From the NCBI GenBank assembly GCA_028023455.1, contig JAQFVV010000002.1, positions 26,846,001-26,910,000 of the forward strand: a stretch of 64,000 nt of DNA. The letters are read 5' to 3'. Numbering within the stretch: the first letter of the stretch is position 1; each line of letters starts with the position of its first letter. The translations under genes and the position numbers were made by a program. Source of the stretch: Epiperipatus broadwayi. Taxonomy: Eukaryota; Animalia; Onychophora. The notes below the pieces were generated by a model. That model was not told where the DNA came from. It saw only the letters and a list, made by a program, of their open reading frames with translations, and did no database searches. Of this stretch, positions 11,866-26,133 are shown one piece after another.

Positions 11866-12771
11866 TAAACAAGAGATTTTATGTAGTATATACATAAATC
11901 AACATTGAGAAGGGTGTAAGGCATAGTTACTCTATATCTCCAAAACTTTTTACAGCAGTGCTGCAAGAAGTATTTTGTGGATTAAAATGGGATTCTAAAG
12001 GAGTGAAAGTAAATGGAGATTATTTAAATCATTTAGATTTTGCAGATGATATAGTTGTTTTTGCAACTAATGCTTTAGAGCTGCAGGAAATGTTGCAGGA
12101 GTTATCAGATAAAAGTAGGACTAACGATAAATGTTAAAAAGACTAAAGTAATGTTCAATGGATTTTCTCAACATATGAAAATAAAGATTGATTATGATGA
12201 GTTAGAAGAAGTTAACAGCTACAAATATCTTAGTCAGATTATTAATACAGATGGAAACATAATGGATGAAATTAATCGTAGAATTAAACTTGGTTGGAGT
12301 GTTTTTGGTAGAAATAACTTGATATTAAAAGGAAATATGCCTATATGTTTGAAAAGAAAGGTTTTTAATAAATGTGTTTTACCAGTTCTTACTTATGGAT
12401 TTGAGACTTGGACACTTAATAGAAGAGCAATATAGAGACTTCAGATCACCCAAAGAAGTACGGAGAGATGCATGTTAGGAGAAACAAAAAGAGACCAAAA
12501 ATGCAATAAATGGATAAGAGAACAAGACTGAAGTGGAGTTGGGCTGGATACATTGCTAGAATAGATGATAATAGATGGACAATTGAAATCTTAAACTGGA
12601 TTCCAAGAGATTATAAAAGACCCAGAAACAGACCACACGTGAGATGAATGGATGAAATAAGAAAGTATGCAGGGGTGATGTGGAGAAGAGAAGCTAAAGA
12701 TCGGAGAAGATGGCTTGAACTTGGAGAGACCATCCTGCAGTGGATTGATAATGGTTGATGATGATAATGAT
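11866..12771 (+). mobile_element. RTE-clade LINE, 3' RT fragment, pseudogenised
   Basis: IEKGVR...SPKLFTAVLQEVF...LNHLDFADDIVVFA, then YKYLSQ and VLPVLTYGFETWTL; ends in a (GAT)n-type tail. Confidence 0.9.
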
Positions 12772-14343
12772 ATATATATATCCTTGAAGGCATTAAGAGG
12801 AGGGGGGGGGGATTAAATAAGATATCAAACTCAACCAGAGATATACGTAGACAGTATACTACACAAGGATAATTGGTGTTGTAGATATACCCATCATATA
12901 AGGGTAATTCAATGTATTTGTATGAGAATACAATGCTATTTCGAATAGGTTTCAAATTTCTTGGTCATTTTTATAATTATTTAATTAAATTATTTTAAAA
13001 TTAAATAACATTGGTTATGTCCATTCTTTATCCAATCCTTAAATTGATTACACAGCAGTTCACGTACACATATAACTGTGGGTTTAGATATAATGTTACA
13101 AAAGAGTTCAAAGTTGCTTTCAAATTGAGCATGACTGTGGATGACTGATTAGGAGGGAATACATATTTAAAGAGTAATAAGAATAGGTAAATCAATCCTT
13201 GAATTCCAAAAGCTGATACTAAAAAAATAAAGTATTCTTACTTCAAAACAAATGGAGTTGATTTTTGCTAGTCAAATTATTTAGGTCACCCAGAAGAATA
13301 AGAAAGAGTGATTATTACTAAGGAAATATAATTAATTCATCAGTATTACTTCACTGAGATCAAAACTTGAGTAATCCAACTATGTTAATTGATGAAGTTG
13401 AGTGATTCTCCCAATGATTCACTCAATCAACAATCTTGTGTTGGATAAATTTTTGTTATGTTTAAATAGGAAGATGTCAGCAGAGCTTGTCATTAAATTC
13501 CATCATATACATAATGGTATATCAGGGTGTGATACTGTGCAATGAACACTATTATTTATATCCACTGATTCTTTAATTTTAGTCATCGCAGTAGAATATA
13601 TATATATATATTATTTAATGTTTTCACAATTATATGATGTAAATAAAATAGTTTTTCGTCGGGAATTAATCAAAATTAACATATGGTTTAACCTAAAACC
13701 TATTTTGTTTATATATATATATATAATTCACAGTACAATATCCAAAGCTTATTAACGCATTACAATATTCACAATTTATTGCCAAGATAATCTCCATCTT
13801 TTATTTGTAGAGGATGCCTTGATAACAGATTGTAGACATTCTACTAATTTATTAAGCTTTGGTGGTTATTTTGTGAATTATTTGAAAATCAATTAGATAT
13901 TGGCAATTTATGATTTAATAAAAATATAAACCATTATAAACAGAGCAAAACTCTCCGAACAGTATGATTTAATGGTTTTATAAACCATTATAGTGCTAAA
14001 TATTTAATTTTCTTGAAGTCATCGATGCTACAAATAAATGATTTGTTCTCTAGTCATTGCAACAACATATAAATCCATTCTATACTTCTATAAATACATA
14101 TCTTCTAATCTATTCTTTTTCAAAGTATATTAGAGAATTATAAAACATAAATTTATAGATAAAGAGGTGGGGGAAGGGGGGAAGTGCAAAAAAAAAAAAT
14201 TATAAAGATTTAAAAAAACAAATTGAAAAAAAAAAAAAAGCATCTAATTTCTAATATAATTTTACATTATTAAAATACACTATAAAAGAAGAACATTAAC
14301 ATGGATTTAAAAAATGAATTCTTAAAAATTCATTATACAATAC

Positions 14344-14494
14344 CATTTATAGAAACAACATCTCTGTCGACAATCGCTTTATCTTTGTTAACTCTGATAA
14401 CTTTCGCTGAAGGTTTAGCTTGGTTAATCAGAAACTGTTGTTGAAAGTTAAAAAGATCGTCTTCATTTTCGCTTTGTTTTGGTCTTTGGAACAT
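14344..14494 (-). CDS. RPAP1: RPAP1 first coding exon (MFQRPKQSENEDDLFNFQQQFLINQAKPSAKVIRVNKDKAIVDRDVVSIN)
   Basis: Resembles the human RPAP1 N-terminus as I recall it ([22 protein letters not shown]...HRDVV). A polypyrimidine-CAG acceptor precedes exon start 14521, ATG at 14494, GT donor at 14343. Confidence 0.88.
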
Positions 14495-15129
14495 TATATT
14501 AAATCTGGTAAGTTAAAGAGTCTGAAAGAAAGAAAACAAAAATAGCTAAAATAAAACTAAAATAACAAATTTTGTTCAAAAATTTTTTTTTACAACTAAA
14601 TAAATTTTTCTCATTCATAAAACATTAGGTCTTCATCAATTACATATCAGAAAAATGAACTTGTTGAGAGAGTACATGAAGATCTTGTTACTATAGGCAG
14701 GGTTAATCTGTAATATCTACTTAACATAAATTTTAAATAGAATATTTTATTTCCAGAATTATTTTCTTGCTAGTTATTAGAAAATTAATGTAAATAATTA
14801 TAAAGAATTCTATAATGTAATAAATTATGCGCAATTATAAAAATACTTCTTAAATGAAAAAAAAAAACCCAAAAAAACATTCAATATTAAATGTAAAAAC
14901 CTTAAAGCGTTGTCATTGAAAGCATTTTTTTCAAAAGTGAGTGATAACAATATAACATTTGCCTTTGAAAGGTACTTTACATCGGAAATACATTAGGATT
15001 ATATACCTGATATTACTTTACAAGATAACAGCTAAACTTAATATAACACAGAATATCCACAATTTGCGGTCAAGGAAACTTCTATAGATAAATGATTAAT
15101 TCAATCTTTTAGCCTGGTCTAAGATCTTT

Positions 15130-16250
15130 AAATAGAGAGAATTGGGCGCATAACTGTAAGAAATTGAGATTTTAATCTGTTTAGAAGTTTTAAATAAACT
15201 GAATTCAACAAGTTAAGATAAGCTTCTTGAAGGTAGATTAGCAACATTTCAAATATATTCCTATTACATAATAAATAAATAATATAGTGTAAATAATATA
15301 ATAAACCATAAATTGCCAATAATTTTTTACTTGGTTCTCAATTGTAAATCACATGATAATAATCAAAGCTTAGTAAATCAATTAAGAAAACTCACATCTG
15401 TAGTAAAGGCCATCTATAGACAAAAAGTAGATTTCACTATATTACCATTGTCTAGATATCTAAATAGACAGAGAGCTGACACATGATTGTAACAGATATT
15501 ACACTGGGATAAAAGATGAAATTTATCTTTCAATTCAGAGGTTGCCTTAACAATAGATTGTGGATATTTGATTTGTTTTTAAGTTTTTGGCTATTATTGT
15601 GTGAATTACAATTGGAAATCAGTTAGTTATTGGCAATTTATGGTTTAACAGTTTATTCTCTGTTTAAGAAGCATTTTTAGAAGACTGATAATAAATATAA
15701 GGTCAAGTCTAAAATTTTACTGATGTCAGTGCACTTTCTATAGATAAATTTACAGATCAGTTTTGGCTACTTTCCTAGTAGTAATTGATGTTTTTTTTAG
15801 AGGACTGCATTATGGTGACAATATACAACTATAAATTCTTTGCAATATTTATTTCTTCCTATTCAAAATTACTTTAACAATCTTGGAAGTGTTGGCTAAT
15901 TGAGCATCTGATAGCTTCAAATGAAATCTATCTTGCAAGTTTCAAGCTTGATCAGCTTCTTAATGAAGACTTATGGAATAATTTTTGAGCAGATATTTGT
16001 CTCTGTCTATAGTAATGGGGTCTTCTGCACAATAGTCTTATTGATATCTCTACAGAAATCTATTTCATCCCAAATGAAATTTCAGAAATGTGAATTAGGT
16101 TTTCTAATTCTTCATACTTTTATCCAATTTTTATAACTACTAAGACTGCTCATTTTCTATGCTAAAGCAGAATCAATTTTCATGAAACAGTACAGAGCTA
16201 AGATATTACATGAATTTATAAAATACAATTAACATTCTCAAGGTACATGA
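15130..16250 (-). mobile_element. Highly decayed Penelope-like RT/linker remnant
   Basis: Minus-strand YRKCTDISKIL near 15740 resembles the PLE YRKPT motif; otherwise heavily disrupted. Confidence 0.35.
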
Positions 16251-16399
16251 CCCTAGTGAAGAAAAGATTATAAGATTTTATTTTTCAAAATAGACTTATC
16301 ATTGACTTTATAATGTTGAATACATAATTTGTACATATGTTAAAGCACTATAAATAAGGGAACTAGAGGTGCATTTTAAATCTACTTTTTTTCGAAACG

Positions 16400-18330
16400 T
16401 AAATATGTGAAATGTCTAAACTTTACTTGATACAAACACTTCAGGATTTGAATGGAGAACATCATTTGTAGTTAAGGAGCTGACAAAATTTAAGAGAACT
16501 AATAGGTGGCTACAAATGCATTTGGTAGGGCAGGTAAACAAATGCAAGAAGAGTGCATACTGCTGAATTTGCTTTGTTCTATTCTTAGAATTCCTTGAAG
16601 TATGAATGAAAAGCTAATGGTATTAAAATTAGACTTGCACGATAATACCAATGTTCACTTTATTAAGGGTTATGTTCAAGATTATATTCAGATATTTTGG
16701 AGAAGATCTCTTGCTGGATAGTATTATTCCATCAATAACATTAAAAGCTTAAATTGTTCAATTTGGAGACATTAATGCATATCAAATTATAAATTTTGCT
16801 CAAAAATTGAAATCCTTGGTACTAGTGCTATAATCTTGAAGGATCTGCTGGTATTGACTTTTATCACAAACATAATTTAGAGAAAAAATCACTATAAAAG
16901 AATATGGAGGCATCAAATATACAAACAATGGCATCTATTAAGAGTCAGAATACAAGAAAAGTTCTTATTATATAAGTACTTACAAGTACAGATTGTTGGA
17001 AAGATCATAGTCTAATAGGCTACAAAGTTGTAATGATAGTTGCATTAAAAATGAGGTAACTTTACAAGCATCTACAACCACTGCTAAATTTCAACAACTA
17101 TCAAATATTAAAATTGCTAACTTGGATTTTTAGGATTTTCAGGTTAGTGAGACATGCAATTCTAATAAAGAATGTATTATGGCTGCAAGGAAATATATCT
17201 ATTCTTAAGTTCACTAGAAAGAAGATATATCACTGATTTTTTAATAGTGATCCTATTATTAGTGGTTAATTAAAAAAGAAATTTTTTGCTATTTTTTTTT
17301 TTTTGCTTGATAGAATAACAACAAGAATGTAGAATTTTCAGAACTAATATAAAATCAGAAAGCTAATAACTGATAAGGCTTTAAAATAATTGATCATGAT
17401 CACTTCAGGTCTCATTGAAAATAATATATGGACGCAATACACAATATCATACTCCTATTAAATCGATCAATAGCATTCTTTTATATAACGACAGTGATAT
17501 TTCAAATAGGTGGAGCATTTTGATTATTTTGTGAATAATGATGCAAGAATGTGAAATTTATGATTTTTAATGATATACCTTTTCTGTCTACCACATTTAA
17601 ATATGGATAAGAATATCCTGCTTAGTGAAATTAAAACTGCTTTTACCAATCTTAAAAAACAGAAAGACTGCAATTTCTGATGAGATATTTGAAGAAGTTT
17701 TAAAATACGAGGGTAATATGATAGCTTCAATAATATTGGAATTTTGTAGAAATGTATTGACTCATGAAGTTGAGCAGTGCAATTTTAAGGATGCTTCTAT
17801 TATTCCAATCTTGAAAAAATAAGTGATAACAAGGTTGCAGTAATTATCGCAAAATACCATAGTTATTCCTATGGTAAAGATATTTTGAAAGAATTTATTG
17901 AATACTTTCCTTCTAGTAATAAACGTAATATGGTTTTAGAGAATCAAGAAATATTAGTGGCATGAATTATGTTGTCAGGAAAATGCAAGAAAAGTGTTAG
18001 AAGTAAAGTAGTGATTTATATTTTTGTTTTATTGATTTGATCAAAACATTTGATTCAATTTGTCTGTGACATTTTTTGAAATTAATTGTTTGACAAAAAA
18101 TTTAATCATATTAGATAGCTTCTACCTAATGGTATAAATAGAAGCACTATTACTACAGAAATAAAATCTGAGGCATTTGAAATAAATCTAGTGTTAAACA
18201 ATGATGTGCACAAACTCCCAACTTTGTTTCTACCTTCTATGATAATGAACTTTGGAAATATTTTTAGGTGACTTTATGAATTAAGGATCAAAATGTGAGA
18301 CAAGTTTGATGATAGAATTTTTAATTTGTA
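16400..18330 (+). mobile_element. Decayed LINE (APE endonuclease plus RT remnants, RTE-like)
   Basis: VQFGDINA-like endonuclease motif near 16760. KNRKTAISDEIFEEVLK...DASIIPILKK at 17625-17822, and IDL.KTFDS near 18030. Confidence 0.65.
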
Positions 18331-18499
18331 AGTGATTAAAAACAAAAGCAAAAAGTTTAACTTCTTGATTTCCAGATTAATTGTAAACTGATAATTGTGT
18401 AATTTTGTCTGAAATATGTAATAATAGAATGAATTTACAAAATTAGAATGTTTTCCAAACAGAATAATGAGTAATTTCCAAAGCTTAAGTATTCAAGCA

Positions 18500-19300
18500 C
18501 TAAATAAAAGTATGTAGACATTAAGTAAATTCTATCAAAGACTTAGTCAATGCAGGTTATGATCAAAATTGCTTAATAACATCCCTCAAAAATTTATATT
18601 CCATAATAAACACATGGCCTTCAGACCATATTAAAACTAATTCATGGATTAGCCTTCCTTTTATACCTGGTGTATCACAAAGATTAAAAACAATTTGTTT
18701 CAAGGCATTTAATGTTAGCTTTAGAACCTCTCCTAATCTAAATTAGTTATTAAACAATACTAAAGATAATTTGCCTCCAGATCAAGTCCTTCAGATAATC
18801 TACAAAATTGATTGCAACAAACCTATTTGCAATGCAATTTACTATGGTAAATCTCACACCAAGGTTAGCATAACATATGTATATATGTAATAGAACTAAA
18901 ACAGACTCCAACATAAAATCATTGTTCTTGTAACATGAAATTGATTCTGGTCACAACCTCGATCTGCTTAACATCAAAGTAATTTGCACAGAATGAAATT
19001 ATCGAAAAAGAAAATTTCAAGAGGTGTGGTTTATCACCAACACCTATGCAATAAATAAAAAAAATCACAAGTTGCTCTATCACGCAAGTGGAATATGTAA
19101 ATCTATAATTTACATATTAATTACTTTATATATTCAATCTCTATCTCCTCTCCCTCATTTACAAATCTGACTTCATCTGTGCTATGAATATCGCCTGTCT
19201 GGTCGAAAGCAGTGCTAAATTGTAATTAATTTGTAGTATTGTTAATCTTTCCTTTGCAGCGAACTACGTTCTGTATTGAAATAAAACTAATTAAATATTT
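18500..19300 (+). mobile_element. Penelope-like element GIY-YIG endonuclease remnant and 3' end
   Basis: LPFIPGVSQRLKTICFKAFNVSFRTS...IIYKIDCN...IYYGKSH. A decayed HHR-like GGTCGAAAGC lies near 19200. Confidence 0.75.
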
Positions 19301-22189
19301 CAAGAATGTAAATCTTCAAAAATAATTAAAATGTTTTGGAAAAATTATTTTCAAAATTAATTATATTTTAATCTAATTAGAAATGTAACTGGAACTTAAA
19401 ATATCATTTACACAGTTTTTCTTTTCAAAAATAGTTCATAATTTTCCATATAATATAAATGTAACAGGAGTAAATTCTGGGTCATTTATAATGGAAGAGG
19501 TTAGTTATAAAAAAAAAGTGTCACAAGACTGAAACATTCCTTTTTTTTTTGATTGCTAAAGTTCAAAACATATGATGAAGCAATGGAAAAAGCATCAATA
19601 GACATTGTGGTCCAGGGAATCTATTCCTGAAATTTAAAATAACAGAGTAAGGGAACTTGTCACAGATCTCATCAACTTTTCAGTATGCTGTAATGTCTGA
19701 ATATATAGGTATAAAGTTTTATAATCTTAACTGTCATAGTTAAATAATCTTTATTATAATTGTTAAAACATGATTAAAATATATATGTATTATAATTCAG
19801 ATATTGGAGATTAAATTAATTGTAAATATTATATCATCTATTTTGTGATTGTGAATTGAGTCAGGATAAAATAAATTGAATTAAGTTGAGAAATAGTAAT
19901 AAATTGAAAAGTTAATGCAAATTTAAATATATTCTTTCACATAGCCAAAGAAATTAATTAATAAATAAAAAGGTGAAAAAATAAATTGAATTTAAATAAT
20001 TAATAAAAAATATGAGTACCTAAACATATACATAAATATATTGGGCAGAGTTTAAATAGTCATTTATTTCAATAAAATGAACTAAGCAACAAATTATAAA
20101 AATCAATTATTGTAAAATACTTCGCAAGCCAATTTAAAGTAAAAGATCGATTCTTCTAACAGAAGGCAAAGGGGGAATCACTGTAAATACAAACAATTTC
20201 AATGTGTAGAACTAATTTGGGTCAATCTAAGTTATAAACATGAAATATATAGAAGTTTTGGATTTAATTATGTTAATACTAGTTTATAATAAAAAATTTG
20301 TAAAAGTTTATAGTTAAGATAGTTGACTTTACTATAAATTACATGAATATATATATATGGTATTACAATATGTATAATACTTTAATGTTCAAATTTTACT
20401 CTGAAACATTATTTAATGAAGTTATTTAAAAAAATGTCATAAAAAATTAAAATTGATCTCAGGATAAACTAAAACTAATTTAAAATTGTTTTTCAGTAAA
20501 TAAAAGAAAATAATAAAGCTAGAAATAGGTTAAAAGCTTTTCATATGTTTTGAAAAACATTCCTAGCAGATGATCGGATTAATATGCGAGTTAAAGAGAA
20601 CATGCTTTGCAAAAGTATTTTAGACAGAATGTTATAAAACTATAAAAGAGTTTGAAAAAACAAAACAAAAAAGGAAACAAATATAGATAGTGTCAGCATA
20701 ATGAATTATGGCAGAAGAAGCTGTAGCAGTTTGTTTTAAAAATCAAGCCTCAAGATATTCTAGTCAAATCAAAAGAATGATTCCCAAATCACCTATTAGC
20801 TATTTGACACTGAACTTATTTACATGTTAAACCAGTTTACTTAGGCATCAGAGCAGACAATAGTTTTAAATAATTCCATCAAAACAATGTTCGACTGAGT
20901 TTGTGGTTAAGGCATCCTAAATGTGCATCTTAGCTGGTCCTCACGCATCAACACGACAACCAGAATATTCAAAAATTATTTGCCTACGTGCAAAAATGTT
21001 GCCAAATTCAATGAAAATCAAAAGATGTTGTAAAATGCATAATTTCATCATCATCATTATTCAAACATTGAAGAAACCATCTATTGATTGTGTTTGAAAT
21101 TACAAATCAAAAAAACCATGGATTATACATGTGAAATCTGACAGAAGCTGCCACACCTCAGAATTGGAAGATATTTAATATTTGTCTATAAAGAAGTACC
21201 TGAGAATTTGGAGTTATTTATATGTGCATACAATAAGTATTATCTGTAAGAAATTTTTTCCCCCATTCAATTGTGTAAAAGACCTTAAATGTTTTTTTTC
21301 CCATTATTTATACCTATACATATTATTCTCTCTTATTTTTTAAATTTATTATTATATTTTTCATTTAATATGTAAATAATCATTCTTTCCATATATTAAA
21401 ATATATTTAAAAAAGGGAAAAAAAAACCCTAGATTTCACTAATTATTAGTATTTATGAGTTATAAGAAATATTAGGGTAGAACTATTGATCCCATGTAGT
21501 TCACAAAATATTAGTTCGGTATAATTCCATGATAAGAATGGAGAATAAAATTAATATTTTAGTATACTTATAAAGTACCTGACTGATATATTCCAATTGT
21601 CATTTATTTGATAATTATGGTTGCTATGGAAGAATTGTTAAGTTTAAACATGGCCTATTTTCATTTAATTTTTAGTTTTGTATTTGTTAAAATAGGTGAT
21701 AAAATAGTTTACCAAGTTTGTGCTTACTTGAATTGGAAATCAGTGCTAAATGGTGAAAATTTAATAAAAGCCTTGAGAGATTTAGATCTGGATATAAAGA
21801 ATAATCCTTTAACTGAAGAAGTGGCACACAATGTCATCATAGATTAAAATAAATAAAAGCTATTCTTAGTAGATTGTGTTCTTTCTCAATACTGGTATTA
21901 TTTCTTTTAATAATATAGCAATACTTTGGAAAAAAAACAACAACTTAACTACAAGTTATTTAAGTTTGAAAAGTACTTGGTTTGATAATAAATGCCAATG
22001 AGGGTTTGTATTAATAACATATTAATAATATGGCCAACATCACAGCATGCACCAACAAACTTACATATGGATATTATTATATTATTCATTATTATTTAAT
22101 GGTTTCTTTCCATTTTTAACATTTCAAATGATGTTAATGTGAAGTCAAGTACATTGTTATATTTAAAAGTATCTAAATTTAGAGAGGCT

Positions 22190-22327
22190 AAACTATCCAT
22201 ACAGTAGCATCACTCAGTGGAAGCCAGAGTAATCAATGGATGCAAGAAGGCTTGTGCATAAAATCCCTATCTAGTGCCTACTCATCCAATATCCCCAGAC
22301 TAGTTTCTAGCTTGTGTTTTCATCAGT
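22190..22327 (-). mobile_element. Family A fragment with damaged HHR stem II
   Basis: GAGTAATCAATGGATGC...CATAAAATCCCTATCTAGTGCCTACTCATCCAATATCCCCAGACTAGTTTCT matches the unit. Core CTGATGA is retained. Confidence 0.85.
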
Positions 22328-22899
22328 ATGGCTACTGTAAATGGAGAGTTTCACCTGTGTAAACAGCTTGAGTAAGCATAAAGAATGGTGATCATGGATA
22401 TCTAAATTTATCCTCAATCTATATTATTATTAAAATAATTGGGCTCTTTATCTCTTTTGTTTATTTAAATTTTCCTATTTACATTTATATTTTAATTTAA
22501 TTAACAAGTCTTATCCCTGGACATATAAAATCGATAAATAAATCTATTAAAAATGGCATTGTCAATTCAAAAGATAATCTGAAGAATGTAACTTCAGCAA
22601 TTTTTAGCTTGGATAATTTACAAACTAAAAAATAAAAGCCAATTTTCAATATTTTAATAACTTTTTAAATAACAACATGAACGTTATATATATAGAAAGC
22701 ATTATTTTATCTAATTTATTATATAAACAAATTATACCAAAATTCAGAATTAATAAAACTAGTCAAAATTAAAAATTCTCCACAATCAAGGTTTTTTACT
22801 GTCAAGGCAGACTCCTCAAGTGCCAAATTACACAAACCCAAAACAAATTTATATTAATTTACTATCCCATAATTCTAACATTCCAGTTGTTTAGTAAGC

Positions 22900-24010
22900 C
22901 AACAACTTAGATGAAGACCAAAGTTTCTAAGGATTGAAAAAAGAAACTTACAAATTCTTATTACTCAAATTAAACATTGCCTTCCTCTCATATGTTTGCA
23001 TTCTAATATTGGTATATCTATTTCTTTTCATCCATTACTATTTCCAATCTACATTAGCAAATCATTTTCCAGCATTGGCACTTTTTTTCTTCTATATTGA
23101 TAAAAGCTGTTTCATTACTTACAATATTCTATTTTCATATCCTTTACATCTTTCACTTCTCTCACGCTATTTCTCTTTCCCGCATAACATTTCTTTTTCA
23201 ACATTGCAAAAATAAATGATTTATATTCTCACTTCTATTTTTACATTAATTTTACAATCAAAAATTTTAATCCGATTTTTACCTCCTTTCCTTCTATCTA
23301 ATGATATCATATATTCTTTACTATTTTTATAAAACTCTATACTATATTTCTTATTCATATTTCATACAATTCCAACATTTTTTATTTTAATTAATTTATC
23401 TATTCTCTTTCCCCATGCTTTACAAATTATCGCATTTCTTAAATAATTTTATAGAAATAAATTCTCTACCTAATAATTTTGTATATTGTAAATTCTTTTC
23501 TACTATGATAGTTAACTTCTTTACATAATTTATTTTTATTATTAATTTTCGTTAACACATTGTCGCCTTAAATTTGCTTTTATTTTTCTTCATTAAGAAA
23601 TAAATCTACTCCATTCGCCTTGGAATAGCCTAGACTAGTGTTTGTAATACACTAACGAGTGCATACATTCCCATTTCTTTTAATTCTAAATATTTATTTG
23701 GCTGGTCAATACCAAGTACCTATTACAAACGTTAGATCTTCTCTTTCCTACCATTTTATGTGATTCACATTTATATTAAAAACAAGCTATATTTTTAATT
23801 ATTCCAATTTATTTTTTGCTTTATGTCTGCCTGTCAGTAGCCTGTATAATTCCTTTTATAACTTAGTGTAAGCTATACTATTTCACTTCACTAATATAAA
23901 TACAATTTCCTGCTTTTAGTCTCATCCTTTCCATTAATAACTATTATCTTAGACTTTGTCTCACTGAATTTAATTTATACTGCAACATCCTATAACTAGT
24001 ATTTCCAAAT
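22900..24010 (-). mobile_element. Decayed LINE endonuclease-region remnant
   Basis: Purine-rich minus strand with fragmentary APE-like motifs (NGVDLFL) and many stops. Confidence 0.4.
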
Positions 24011-24259
24011 GTTTATAGGGAAACAACGTAACTGGCAAACACATAAAAATGTTTATGAAGCATATTTCATCAACGAGTTATATTTTATGACGTTTAAAAA
24101 AATCCAAGCTTTAAAACGATATACAGATATTCTAGTCAAGTTTTACTAAACAATGAAACCTATGTGAATGAAATTTAAATTATAAATTTGTCAAAACACC
24201 ACAAAAAAATATGCATACCAGAGATATTAATTGAGTGCATTTAAAGAGCAATCACTTAT

Positions 24260-24345
24260 CCACACGTGAAGCTCGCCATATTTATTTTTAAAATGGAATA
24301 CCCGGATGTCAAAACTTCTTAGCTTGTAATATCCATGGTAACAAG
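24260..24345. promoter_or_regulatory. Candidate divergent promoter (E-box, YY1-like, ETS-like, RFX X-box-like)
   Basis: CACGTG 24263-68, CGCCATATTT 24274-83, CCGGATGT 24302-09 and ATATCCATGGTAAC 24329-42 cluster in a locally CpG-retaining zone between two divergently oriented genes. Confidence 0.45.
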
Positions 24346-25455
24346 CACATTTATTCTAGGAAAATCCTTATAAGATTTATTAAAATTGTTATAACTTATT
24401 TTTTAAGTGACACGAACTTCTTAAAAAGTTACTTTTATGATTTATTGTAAATAAATAACTATGTGATAGAAGCCCACTTACTATTTTGTCGAATAAAGGT
24501 AATTTATCTCCTTATATAATTAACGTTATGTGTGTTTAGCATGTGTTGTTTTTACTTTTAAAATATATTGTGTATATGAATAACAACATTCTGGGATATC
24601 AGTTCAATTTATAGAATATTTTTTCAATAATGGTATTACAATTTTACGTAAATTAAAGAAAAAAAAGTTTTTCAGTTCGTTTTTTAAAGCTTTTTCTGTT
24701 TTCTGAATATTATTATAGTAATTTTTATGTGTAAAAAAAAAAAAAAAATCTTTCAAATACGAGTAGTCTTTTATTTCTGGCTTTTATTGTATTATATTTG
24801 CATTAGCAATAAAACAATTGTAGTAAAGCCGTAGATTATTAGTCAGTACCATTAGGGTTTGGAGAGGGGCTGCAAGCGAGACTACATGAAAATGTTAGAA
24901 AGCGATCACTTGATGTATTCATGTAATGGAAATTTATATATAACCAGTGATATTATATTGTGAGGGGGAATTTAATAAATGAATTACAAATAGTTGTAAA
25001 AAATAAAACAATTAAGAAAAAAAAACTCATATAATACTCACTGGCAATGTTTAATTTTATCTGTCCTTGAAACCAATAGCATAGAATATTTGTTTTCTGT
25101 CTCTTGCTTGATTTTTAAAATTTTTTTTATCCTAGTCATTGTATCCAATTGCATTTCCATTTGAATCCTTTGAAAAAAAATTATTTGTGTAAAAAAGTCA
25201 CTGCATTTTAGATAATATTTTCTCAATCATGATCACTTTTAACCCTTGACATCAGACATTGAACATATATATCAGTAAACTATCACTAAACATCACATGA
25301 TCACTATCTCATACTAGCACAATAATTGTTATTAAACATTTCAAAATACAGCAAAACTCTCCATATAGTAGTGCCATCTTGTGCTAACAAGAGCAATCAA
25401 TGGATGCCAGAAGGCTTATGCATAAAATCCCTATCTAGTGCCTACTCATCCAATA

Positions 25456-25497
25456 TCCCCAGACTAGTTTCTGGCTTGTGGCCTTCATCAGTGAGGA
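25456..25497 (-). ncRNA. Family A minimal hammerhead (inverted unit)
   Basis: Reverse complement of UCCUCA CUGAUGA AGGCCACAAGCCA GAA ACUAGU C UGGGGA. Confidence 0.78.
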
Positions 25498-26091
25498 GCC
25501 TTGGATCTGAGAGCACTGCACCTAGATCTTAGGATCTAATGCAACCCTCCAGCACCCACCTTTTAACTCTATTTAACTACAAAACTATGAGAATGAAATT
25601 GAAAACACTATTAATATTTTCAATCCAAGCTCAATAGCTTATATAGTCATATGGGTCTGAACTCAATTCAGTACCCATACATTTTGGTGTCTTTGGCTCT
25701 TTAACAACCATAGCCACCACTATCCTATTAGGCAGGATTGGTGTTACCCAAACTCCTCTATATGGAGGTTTTGCTGTATTTTGAATGTTTAATAACAATT
25801 ATTGTGCTAGTATGAGATAGTGATCATGTGATGTTTAGTGGTTTAACACCAATCCTGCCTAATAGGATAGTAGTGGCTATGGTTGTTAAAGAGCCAAAGA
25901 CACCAAAATGTATGGGTACTGAATTGAGTTCAGACCCATATGACTATATAAGCTATTGAGCTTGGGTTGAAAATATTAATAGTGTTTTCAATTTCATTCT
26001 CATAGTTTTGTAGTTAAATAGAGTTAAAGGTGGGTGCTGGAGGGTTGCATTAGATCCTAAGATCTAGGTGCAGTGCTCTCAGATCCAAGGC

Positions 26092-26133
26092 TCCTCACTG
26101 ATGAAGGCCACAAGCCAGAAACTAGTCTGGGGA
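26092..26133 (+). ncRNA. Family A minimal hammerhead
   Basis: Stem I UCCUCA/UGGGGA, core CUGAUGA at 26098, stem II GGC/GCC, GAAA, palindromic stem III ACUAGU, GUC cleavage after 26127. Confidence 0.8.
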
